NCBI GenBank assembly: GCA_047495785.1
Contig: JBLDXI010000026.1
Span: 372,001 to 436,000, forward strand
Source: Lepidodermella squamata
Taxonomy: Eukaryota; Animalia; Gastrotricha
Length of the DNA: 64,000 nucleotides
Direction of reading: 5' to 3'
Part shown: one piece after another, positions 50,079-61,080 of the stretch
Layout: each line of letters starts with the position of its first letter
Position numbering within the stretch: the stretch's first letter is position 1
Notes under the pieces: generated by a model
What the model saw: the letters and a program-made list of their open reading frames with translations, nothing else
What the model was told of the DNA's origin: nothing
The model's database searches: none
Translations under genes and position numbers: made by a program

Positions 50079-53000
50079 CGTTCACGTCGCGGAAGAACTC
50101 GCACTTCTGAAAAAGTCCGACAGTACATCTAGTACAGTTAGCTTATGCTGTACCGATTAGTACTGTAATATCTACCGTATAAAAAGTACTGTTTTTTCGA
50201 CCGTACTTTTTCTACGGCGGGCTAGCCGTATGATTTAGTACAGCGGAATGAAACTGTAGTCATAGTACTGTCGATGGCAGCTGTATATGATTGTACGGTA
50301 TCCAGCCGTAGTTGATAGTACGGCTTGCTGTATTTGAAAGTACGGCACAGAACTGTAGAAAAAGTACTGTCGGACTTTTCGAAATTCTGCAACGCACGAC
50401 CTTATGAATTATAACAGCCTGAAACCACACTGTTTATGACGACGCAGCTGTGTTGTTTTTTTTGTCTTGATATGCCGAGCAGTCGATAATTAGTAGGTAA
50501 CGCACTTCGAGGGAAAGATTGACGCGACTGGCACCATTTCATGAATAGATATTGACGACACATTCGAATCGCCAAGCGAAAAGCCTAACCCATGTCATGG
50601 TAATAAAAGTATGCAATCAATCAGAGCATCTCATGATACTTATATATGCATGCCCGAACGGTTCTATAATAAAAATAAAGAATATTTGCTTGACTACTTG
50701 AGACCATTGCTTTATTTTCTGGTTGGCCATACGATATTAATTAAAATACTTCCATTTCTTTCAAAATAATTTATTGCATTTCTGCCTAAGAACCGGTTTT
50801 CTCGAAATTATTTTAGATTTTTTCAGTCTCGAAATTTTTCAGAACCACAAGAAAATGCCTGATTTTATTGTCAAAGTGACATTGTTTTCGGCGAAATGGG
50901 CTCGCTACGTCAAAATTAGCGAAGAATGTCAAAACGCGCTCATAGTGATAAAAGGCAAAGTTTATGCTGTCTACCGCAATTTGTTTAAAGCCGACGATTA
51001 TTCCATGTTTTGGAGCGATGAAGAGCATCTGATAATCATCGAGGATGAGGATGATTTGCGACTAGCTTTCGAGTTGAACACCGGCGTTTTGAGCATCACC
51101 GTAGTTTTTGGCGAGGAACTTCAAGAAATGATGGCGGTCAAGCGCCCAACATTGTCTAATCAGGTTGATCAACTTACGAGAATGATCTCAGGTCAGCTGT
51201 TAAAAATCTTAGAAAACTAGTCGAAAATAATTGGCGTTGGTGCGACCTTTGGCCCATTTAGCCTGAGGCCTTCCTTGCTAAAATGATTAAATTTTTCTTT
51301 TTTTCATTGCTATTTCATCATTTCATTATTATACAGAACTGCAAACCGATCCGAGCAAGCAAACACCCTTTAATTCGGCTGGGAGTCTCGGCACTTTAAA
51401 CCAGTTGCTACCAGCTGGCGCTGCTACGGGCCTGGAGACTGTAGTTGACCGGAAAGGGGCCCCTTACGATAAGGTGAATGAGATTCCTCTGCTGAAGCAA
51501 ATAGCGGTCATAATGGACGACCGCAAGGACAAGGGTGAACTGGGATACACCCGATCGACTGCGAACTATCATTTCAAGAAAATGACCACGTGGAATTGCG
51601 GTAATATTATTTCCCTGGACATTTCTTAAAATCTGTTTATTCTAAATACCTATTCTAGTCATATACGAGATGGTATCGAAAGAAGCTTACTGTTTTTTCT
51701 CCGAAGAAACTGACTTGGAGCATCCAAACGGCAGCTCAGCAGGGTCCGCACTATTCATCTACATAACGAGATATCTTTCGGTCAGTCATCCGCGCTGCAA
51801 GACGCTGATAGTTTACTCCGATAATGGGACTGGAAATCATAGTCAATATTTCGCCAATGCCATCATGTTTGCGTTGCAAAATGGGCTAACTTCGCTGAAA
51901 TCGATTCATCATAAATTCTTTCAGCCAAATCACACAATGATGGTGGTTGACTGCTGCCACTCGTAAGAATTTTTTATACTACTTAGTTTTTGCAAGAATT
52001 TTAGTAACATAGGCTGATTGAAAGGAGGGCAAGCCGGCATCAGGTATTTGTACCAGAAGATTGGCGTGAAATAGCCCGTTTATGTCGACCCTCTCAGCCA
52101 TTCATAATTCACAACTTGACCTGGGATCAAATGCTCAATTTTCACGGTGAGCCGAACTTCACCGCAAAACTCAGAAAGCCAAAGAATTGGAAGTCGACTA
52201 ACAATTCGAATCGCGACTTCTTCGGCATTGGTGAGCGTCCATCCACCCAGAGTGACTATCTACCCTGGTCTGAAGGGGTTTGGTTTTGGTACGAAAAGGG
52301 GCACCCATCCACCCTTCGCGTTCGTGACGGATACGAATCCTTATGGCCATGGAAGACTTACTCCCTATCAACGCAAGCCAAAAAGAGCATTCCGGCTGGT
52401 GCACCTACTCTGGCAATGACCAGCCCCCTGGCGATATCTTATAGCTTAAAGGCTGATCTGTTGCAAATTTTAAGGGCCGAAATTATTCCGCTGCGACACT
52501 CTGATTACATTCTTAACTTGCCCTATAAAATGTGGAGTGGAAAGCCGAATGAGTACCGAGCAATATTTAATAATTTCGGAAAGCTCCAAAATAGAATGGA
52601 ATATGATTCTGATTTTGATTGATCTTCAATTTGACGTGATTATTCCAAAATAAAAGAAATTTCTGTACGCTAAAATAATGATGTGCGTCTAATTTGTCAC
52701 TAGCTCATTTGTCGCCGCCATGAAGTATAGCCGGCTTCCCGAACAAAAATACTAGCCTCTGAAATGAGTCAAAACCGAGCATGAGTTGCAATATACAAAC
52801 GCGTTCATCACACTATCGATTATAGCCGCCATTTATCAGTAGCCATTCATACTTTGATATATTATGATATATATTCAACGATTTTAACTGTACAGCCTCT
52901 ATACTGTAATTAACCGTAGATTGCGGTACAGCAGCCCCAGCTGTACATGTTTAATACAGTCATTTGCCGTACATCTATGTACAGTACACCCGACAGTACT

Positions 53001-53215
53001 AATAACTACGGCATTTGGCAGTACTTATCAGTACAGTGTGATTACAGTATGCTAATGTACGGCCGGGATTTACTGTACAAATACTACAGCTGTAATACCG
53101 TACAAAAAATACTGTCGAGATGCGCTGTACGAAAAATACAGTCAACGAAGCTGTACACGGCAGTACTGTAATCAGAAAAAAAAACCGAAGTGCGAGTTCT
53201 TCCGCGACGTGAACG
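50079..53215 (+). mobile_element. Sola1-like DNA transposon, 3137 bp
   Basis: Perfect 29-bp TIR CGTTCACGTCGCGGAAGAACTCGCACTTC; 4-bp TSD ATTT (50075-50078 and 53216-53219, fitting AWWT); GTAC/CTGTA-rich subterminal blocks at both ends. Confidence 0.9.
50855..52622 (+). CDS. PB1 domain-Sola1-type transposase fusion protein, ~504 aa, 4 exons
   Basis: Exons 50855-51191, 51337-51600, 51659-51962 and 52013-52622 splice (GT-AG) into one open frame of 1515 nt. N-terminus FIVKVT...YSMFWSDEEHLIIIEDEDDLRLAFEL...LSITV is PB1-like. Core VIMD...LIVYSDNGTGN...IHHKFFQPNHTMMVVDCCHSLIE...FVPEDW...PFII is Sola1-like. Confidence 0.8.
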
Positions 53216-53240
53216 ATTTTTTGTATCATGTTTGAAAATC

Positions 53241-53720
53241 ATGGCTGGTACTCGCCCCGCGAAATTTGCCCCTGCCACTACGGAGGCTGTCGATGCTGAA
53301 GCGCCCGGAATCAGCGCCGCCGCGCCGCCGCGAGGTCACACGAGAACGGCGTCTGCCAAAGACGACTCCCCATCGCCGCTAATCGGGGTCGCGCCGGCTT
53401 CGCCCCGCCAATTTACCTGCGCCAGCGCCGCCAGATCAAGACGCGTTAACGGAACTGCAAATCGAAGATGAGCGCACGCAATTTCGCCGAGTTCTCAAGC
53501 GCAGTCGGTTGCGTCACTCGGTTCATCAACACCTGTTTTCGAGCCTGTTTCTCAACTCCTTGCCCTAGACGAAGTTGAAGCCAAAATCGCCGGCTTTCGC
53601 GCAGGGCAAAAAGTCGAAGAAACCTTGATGCAGAAGTGCGCGGTCATCAAGGCTGAGCTGGCCGATTTCGTCGAAAATTTCGCCAGCTTTAACATCTCAT
53701 CTACAGTGCTCCCTCGATAA
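53241..53720 (+). pseudogene. Small unknown ORF (~159 codons) with one in-frame TGA
   Basis: MAGTRPAKF...GTANRR*AHAISPSS...LALDEVEAKIAGFRAGQKVEETLMQKCAVIKAELADFVENF...LPR* reads in a single frame. Confidence 0.45.
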
Positions 53721-56089
53721 AAGCACTGGGTCGGGAGCCAGACCCGGTCTTTAAACAAGGGAAAGCTATAACGAGGGCTGTTATTGGATGCAGGAGCTAA
53801 AAATAGACCGTTGCCAAGTCTTAAGACAGTTGCCATTGCAACGTGCTGAAAGAGACGGACACGGATTATGTGTAATCGCAAATTTTGCTCGCTGAAGGCT
53901 ATTAAACGCTAACGCGATGAATTCAAATTGCGTTTTTTAAATTAACTTGAATTAAAATAGTAAAATAATTCCATTTATAATCACAGCTTAAAATTTTAAT
54001 AATCTTGGTCATCCCAAGCCTTTACCCGGTTAATGGGGCTTCAAATTAGGATGGTGTCACAAATGGCTCCTCCTTTTACCGTGAATTTTCAGTGAGCGGA
54101 ACAAAATTTTGAATCAGCCAATTTTCCAGTGGCCTGAAATCACTTTTCGGATATTTCTCTGAAACAAATCACAAGCAAAGCGTAACATTCTCTATAACGC
54201 GAAGCGTTGAATTCAGAACTCATGCTTCGCCCAAAATTCGTGAAATTGTTCAAAAAATGACTAATATTAAATGTGAAAAAATTAGGACGAATTATATATT
54301 TTCGATTATTTTTACGCAGTTACTCTTTCAATTTCATCGAATTACTGGCATTGAGCGATAACGGATCCCGTAACTTCAAAGCATAAGACGTGCGGTTCCG
54401 CCAAGAGGAAACACCGATTCGATGGGTATTTCGAGCGAATCGAATTAATTAATCTGATTTCGATTAATTCTGAGCGAATCTGATTTCCATTTGACTGGCC
54501 AATTAAGACCAGAGTCAGTTACAAAAATCGGGCAGAAGCTCCCGCCGCCCCTCCTCGGGATGTTTCGGTTTTTAAAGTCAAAATCTAATTATTAAAAGTT
54601 GTGAAAACACCGAGAAAATTGCCAGGGCGCTGATTAATGAAATCGTAAAGTAGTGGCATCCATTTTCATGTTAGTAGATCAGGCCCATCAACCATCGATC
54701 AAATAATAATTCCAGTAACTCGAACTCGAGCGAATGAAATCGGTGTAATGATGAATTAGCGAATGCGAATAAATTCATGTATCAAAATTTAATTAGATCT
54801 GAAAACAAGGACTTGATTTTTCGTGATTACGCAACACGGCTGGGAAACAAATTTGAAAAACTGAAAAAGTCATCTTTTAGATTGAAACAGTAGTCAGGAA
54901 TTTTCGACCAGGAAAACCTGAATTTTATTAGTGATTTCCAATTAGGCTCACGGTTTATTCCAGCGGGATTCATTCAAAGATTGAGAAATAACTTCAGAAG
55001 TTAAACAAAATACCACGAAGTTTCAGTTTTTCCTAAGAAAAAGTCACGATTGTAATCCTGATTCATGCTAATAATGCTGCAACATTCAAAGAGATTTCTT
55101 GGCCGGGAAAACTTCTAAAAAATGAAAAATCAGGGCAATTCAATGGGTCTACTGGTTGATCAGCAATTGACCTCATGAAAAATCCGCAAATAAAGAAGGT
55201 TAAATAAAGATAGAAGGGCATTTTTATAGTTTTGTTGAAACGAATTACTAATTGTTTTCAGATGATTTGGCGTAATTTCAGATGGAATTTTAACTGAAAA
55301 ATCAGGACCACTCGCAGCACGACTTGAGTAGCAGCTAATCCACGCACTCTGTTGCATAATCAAACTCATTTCAAATCCATAAGAACAACTAAATGCACTG
55401 ATGATCTGTTTCCACTTGTTTCCACTAAGCTTGAAAAAGCTGGATCTCTCTAAACCACGGCAACGCGCCGCTGGGTTTCTAAGAACGCAAATTTTTCACA
55501 CTTAATTTTTTTAATTGATCAGATAATTATTTTTTGTTTAATTAAAAATGTACAACTAATTTATTTAGCAGGGTCCAAAATTACGGTCTACAAACGAGGG
55601 AGTTCTTTTAAGGAGGGTGCCACTAACGAGGGAGCACTGTACTACTTGCACAATAACTCATTTTTAGCCATTAATTTCAGAGCTGATAATATTGAATAAA
55701 ATAATTTTCAATAAAATACCAAGGAGATGGCTCTACAGAGGAACGCAGTTCAGAATAAAAAATTCAGTTCTTGAAAATAAATTTCCATGCGTGCGCGAAA
55801 TTAAAAAGCAATTTTGATACGTTTCAAGGCCTTTCCAGAAAAAATGATTTTAAACGTTTTAAGGCTTTGTTTTCAAGGCCTTGCGTTTCGATTGTTGCAT
55901 TGTGTAGTAGTCCCGCGCTATATCGTCGTGACAGAAGGGCGCCGGGCGAGAGGGCGACGAATGGAATTCATATAAAACTGTGCTTTCTATCAGCATTTTC
56001 AAACACATTTTTTTAGTCGAAAATTTTTGAACCCTTTTCAATAAAATCCAATAATTCGATAATTCCAATGATTACTCGACTACAATCAA

Positions 56090-57356
56090 TCTATAATACT
56101 AAAGAGAGAAGGTTTTCGGGAAAGGAGGTTTGTACGGATTTATTTCATAACGCTTAGGAATAACGGAAAACTAAAAACATGGTTAGATAGATATTCAAAT
56201 TTTAGATATCAGAAAACTATCAGCTCATCCAATGGCCTCGGTTAGGGTCGACTTTTAAGCAAAAAACACATTTTCCGGAAGCAGTACCGGAAGCACACCA
56301 AGTTGCGTGACGCGCGCGCGCGCACAGCTAAAATTTTGGAGTGCGCGTAAAACTTTTTTATTTTGATTTTTTCACGCGAGAACCCTATATTCATTTGAAA
56401 GAGAATTGTCTGAAGTTTATTTTGGTATAAAAACCGCCACGAAACTCTAATGTAGCCCTTTGACATCAGCGCGCGCGGCCTAATTTCGTTAAAAATTTTG
56501 ATTTCGTGTTTCGCGCAAATAATACGGAATTAGGTAGCGCTACCGCGCGCACACACACACACAACAGGAGGTTGCTACTATTACACCTACTACTACTACT
56601 ACTACACCTCGGTTCTACGATAACTGAGACCCGACAACCAAGAAAACGACAACTGAGACCAAATAATTATAATAAATTAAATGTTTAATAAAAGCCTAAA
56701 TTGGAGCCGAATATTGAGCATATTCAGCATATTGAGACACCAACCCAACCCAACCCTAACCCTAACCCCAACCCTAACCATAACTATAAAACGTAAAGTA
56801 GTACCATAAGAGTAAGCCATTCCCTTTAATTTAATTTATTAGAATTATTTGGTCTCGGTTGTCGGTGTCTTGGTTGTCCGAGATTTAATTAATTATTAAA
56901 TCGAATTATTTGGTCTCGGTTGTCGGTGTCTCGGTTGTCGGTGTCTCGGTTAGCGAAAATAAAATTATTTATTTATATTTTATTTTATTTTATTTTATTT
57001 ATTTTATTTTGGTCTCGGTTGTCCGGTCTCAGTTGTCGGATCTGAGTTGTCGTGATCTCAGTTGTCGGAGTAAGGGCTACTTTCCTCAAATAAATTCGCT
57101 TATTTTTTAATTTTATGATATTGAGCGATTGAGCGCAAGGTGTTAGGAAACAATTACATATCAGCTTGATTTTTCGCGTTATAGCTCCCTATTAGCTCCC
57201 CAATTTTCCTCACAAACTATTACCCATATTTACCTAAAATGCATGCATTACACGGTGTCCACGAGCAGATAAATTTACAGGATCTTATCTGAAATTTTGA
57301 TGGTTTCTCTATAGTTTGGATGGCCGGACCGAAGGGCCGGCCCCTGCTATTGCTAG
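56090..57356 (+). mobile_element. Non-autonomous Helitron
   Basis: 5' A|TCTATAATACTAAAGAGAG; 3' GC-rich hairpin GGCCGGACCGAAGGGCCGGCC (57322-57342) then CTAG|T; no TSD. Confidence 0.7.
56610..57078. repeat. Foldback-like repeat (GAGACC..GACAAC / GTTGTC..GGTCTC arrays) with internal CCCTAA repeats, nested in the Helitron
   Basis: Motif arrays in opposite orientation on each side; CCCTAA-like run at ~56744-56780. Confidence 0.6.
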
Positions 57357-57454
57357 TTAATTAATTAATGTGAAATAAAAAAGAGCATGCCTAAATTGGC
57401 AAATTAGACCGCACTTATGTCATATGTGCGTATATTACATACCACAGCACTGGG

Positions 57455-57633
57455 GCACAAACCATCTAAATTACGCGCAATCTGGCTACGTAGTGCGCAG
57501 ACCGTCTATAAACAGTCATAAACTGTCTACACACACTGTAGCCAGTTTGCGCTATGTGTAGACAATTTATGACTGGTTATAGACGGTCTGCGCACTACGT
57601 AGCCAGCTTGCGCGTAATTTAGATGGTTTGCGC
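57455..57633. mobile_element. Palindromic MITE with ~80-bp arms
   Basis: CAAACCATCTAAATTACGCGCAA.CTGGCTACGTAGTGCGCAGACCGTCTATAA...CTACACA and its reverse complement. Confidence 0.8.
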
Positions 57634-58082
57634 ACCCTCTATGTAATGAAATATACGCGCATATCGCTTAATTCTAACCGATAACCGATAAAATAAAGTG
57701 ATGTTCATATAGTTTCAATTTCGCCAACTGTTAATTCTGGATACCTAGGTACTAGCTCTGCAGCAGTTTTTTTGGCTGAAGTTGAAAAATTTACACAGAT
57801 TACCGAATTCCAAAATGTTTGTTCCAATTTGGAAATGAATTATTTATGCATTATTCAATTATGCCGAGGAAAATGAATTATTAGGGTGCGTTCCCATCTC
57901 CCCGAAAACGGATTAGCCGAAATAATTTCCCCGAAATTGCTGTGTGACCGAAAACACGTTTCCCCGAAAAACAAGTTTCCCCGAAAACGCACCTGAGCTA
58001 GCCAAAAACTCACTTCTTTGCGCAAAATGAACAGACAAAGGTGTTTACATCAATTTTCGTTATATGTTATTTACCCACGTGA

Positions 58083-58505
58083 TGGAAGTTGGCGAACCCT
58101 TTTTGAAAAAACCTTAGCGAACCATAGCTAACTCGGTCCAAAAGTTTGTGTCACTCGATATTGTTCTTGTGTTAGACTCAACACATCTAATGAGATAGGC
58201 CGCAAGATGGTCGGCCATACCCAGACCTGGTCGGCTGGGGGTGGTCGGCCAACTTCCATTTTCAGGCCAAAAATGGAAGTTGGCCGACCACATTTAGCTT
58301 ACAATTTATTAAAACTTCAGCGAACCATAGTAAAACGGGGCCAATTGTTTGTGTCACTCGATATTCCTCATATACAAGTCCTGACACATTTAATGGTATC
58401 AAGTATAGATTGGTCGGCCACACCCAGACCTGGTCGGCTGAAGTTGGTCGGCTAACTTCCATTTTCAGGGCCAAAATGGAAGTTAGCCGACCAATTTTAG
58501 CCGAC
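58083..58505. repeat. ~203-bp tandem repeat (just over two units), each with a hairpin
   Basis: GGTCGGCCA.ACCCAGACCTGGTCGGCTG...GGTCGGC.AACTTCCATTTT...AAAATGGAAGTT.GCCGACC at ~58209 and ~58412. Confidence 0.8.
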
Positions 58506-58693
58506 AGCTGTGTCAATGAATTCTTTGGATGTGTCAAGTCACCACCTTTCAGAAAATATATTGTGTCAGGGTTGAATTGGGATAAGATCCATTAAACATT
58601 TATTCGATTGTAAGCCAACTCCTCGGCAACGTATTTCACACTCTTCCAACGACGCTATAATCACAATCGACACTTGTGGACACTTTTGGAAAA

Positions 58694-59953
58694 TTATTTT
58701 TTCATTGATACGACCGGCTCGTAGTGATTTCCACTAAGACGTAGGTAGATGGAGCGGCCATCGTTAGCTGCCGATGCAGCGGATATACCATCAAGCCAGT
58801 TGGGCTGGCTCGAGGGACCAAGGCGCTTCCACGCCCACAGTTCGTTGGAAGTGGAGGCAGCGGTTTCATTGCCATAGATAAATATTGGCACCGCGAAAAT
58901 GTCGGAGATGGCCTGGAGCTCGATGTACCGGCCGTACGTTGTCGGAAGCCGCATCTCCTTCTGCTCCACCCATAGACCGCCGTTGTTGGCATATTTAGGC
59001 TTAAGTAGCGGCGAACCTTCGCGAACAACGTGGTCGCAAACAAAGTTACGAAGCTGGAAAAAATTGAAACTCTATAAAATGAGAAGCATGTGAAACAAAA
59101 TACCAATATGTTGAAGTAGCGGTCTTTGAACGGATCACAGCCGAACAAGAAGAAGGCAACCGCCTGAAAAAGGCAAGAGCCTGTGGCCTGGGTTCGCAGG
59201 AAACGGACAGGTTCCTGAAGAATAGGGTGACTGGTCGGCTCCATTTTCTCGAGGTCAGCGTTGATAGTAATTTTTCGCTTGACCGCCATCAGCTTTACCG
59301 CGAGTTCCTGCAGCAACCGACCGGCTGGCCAAAAGGTGAAGCATGCGCGAAGAGTGTAGTCGCTTCTCGTCGGAGAAATCGGAGATACCACCCGCATTGA
59401 TTTTGCAGTCTTCCGACCTATTGGGCTGTCTTCTCGCTCCGGCGTTTTAATGTTCGACGAGCTGCTAGCCGTTGACTCGGACTTCTCCCTTTTACGAGAT
59501 TTTCTAGCAGTTGCATTCTTCAACTTTGGTAGAGGTCTAGTCGTTGTCTAGTTGTTTAGCCTTGTGCTAAAAGACAGCGAGCATCGGGTTCAACGCTCAC
59601 GTCACAAAAACAAAAAAATTTGGAATTAATTTTCCAAGTTCAAGTTCTGGGTATATGGCATATCCTAGCTAAATGGCTAGGCCCATATAAGAGTGGTCCA
59701 CAGCGAGCACACGTATATGTCAGAAACTGCCGAGATACATCGGACGAAAAGCATTAGGATATGAGCAACAGTGGTATAAAATAATAAGCTAAATTAATAA
59801 ACTCATTAAATAGCTACAATTACCGGGCAAATGCGGCGTAATAGGTTGAGTAGCAGCCACATGCTTCTTAGCCTTCGCAGGCTTGCGCCCTTTGGGTTGT
59901 AGCAAGGTAAGGCTCACAAAAGGAGACTGATTTTTCGACCTTTTCGTCTTCAT
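58694..59953 (-). CDS. OTU-family cysteine protease (deubiquitinase-like); 5' exons uncertain
   Basis: Cys box RTQATGSCLFQAVAFFLFG; intron 59054-59103 joins to LRNFVCDHV...M....TYGRYIELQAISDIFAVPIFIY...IYLRLSGNHYEPV (His box). Confidence 0.8.
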
Positions 59954-60039
59954 GTTAGTCAAAAACTTGCATAGTATCAAATTATTATCACCCCTCTGAA
60001 ATTATTTATGCCTTGGTCCTAAAATCAGTCGGCCACTGT

Positions 60040-60127
60040 GTTGACCATTGTTCGGATTAAAATCAGACCGGCGGATTTTATGAGCGAGCCGCCGGTCTGA
60101 TTTGTCTTAACTCGAACGAAGGTCAAC
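60040..60127. repeat. Imperfect hairpin or small MITE
   Basis: GTTGACC.TTGTTCG...AAATCAGACCGGCGG ... CCGCCGGTCTGATTT...CGAACGAAGGTCAAC. Confidence 0.65.
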
Positions 60128-60973
60128 TCAGTAGTCGTCAGATGGCAGAGCAAAAATTAAGACAACCCAAAAAGAGACAGGACAAAAAAATAGGTTAAGG
60201 AGAAAATGGCGAAAATAGAGCATGCTCCAACAAATTCCTGGCTTAGGTAAAGGTAAAAGGCCACGTTGAAAATAGTAAAAAATTAACTAAAATGGCTTGA
60301 CTAATGGAATAGAGCTCAATATTGAATCGAGACAATAATTCGTTCTAATTTGACTAGAGCAATTCACCCCGTTTTCTACGCAGAGATTCAGAATAATTCC
60401 AGAATTCAAGAGATTAGAACAGGTTTGAGGAAAAGACACCGTTCTCATTAATTTTAGATTAATTTGTTCAACGTGATCAAAATTTTTGGATTTGCCAATT
60501 GCCAATTTTCGATCAGCTGGTGCTTTAATTTGAAATCAATAGCAATGCCATGAATATCGAATTGCAGGCCGGAAAGAGTAATAGGGTTAGATCCCTCTAT
60601 AAATTTTAGGGGCAGTTTGATGGCAACTGAAATTTATCGCCTAAAACTGTATTTAAACAAAAAACGGAATTGTTTTTACAGTAGATAATATAGAGCTAGG
60701 TCTGACAATCTACATCACCTGAAAGCTAAATAATTACTGAAAATACCTGAAATTGAGCCGTTCTTGTCACCTTCGGTTAAAAAGAATCTATTCAAACCTC
60801 CAAAACTCAGCTTAAAACATGCTAGTAGCTTTCGAATCAAAATTCGGAAAAATGAAGCCCGACTAATGTTTACGAAGTCCTTGTGTCTTAGTCCAAAGGA
60901 AAAAAAAATCAGTCTCTTTTCCGTCGTGACGCGGATTACTACTAGGACAAGTCGCAGATGGGTGATAATAAGT

Positions 60974-61080
60974 ATATTGCCTTATTTGCAATTTTAGTCA
61001 GCTGGCGGATTTTGGTCTCCGGCCTGGCGGCCTCCGACCAAAAATCCGCCCGCTGACTAAAATTACAACTAAGGCAATAT
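60974..61080. mobile_element. Palindromic MITE, ~105 bp
   Basis: ATATTGCCTTA.TTG.AATTTTAGTCAGC.GGCGGATTTT ... AAAATCCGCC.GCTGACTAAAATT.CAA.TAAGGCAATAT. Confidence 0.7.

Noticed and set aside
53469-53471. In-frame TGA as selenocysteine or programmed readthrough
   Set aside because: No recognisable SECIS or redox motif; a CGA>TGA nonsense change is the simpler explanation.
47055-54415. Large element bounded by GCGGAACC motifs and enclosing the Sola1 insertion
   Set aside because: The ends are only weakly complementary and I found no matching TSD.
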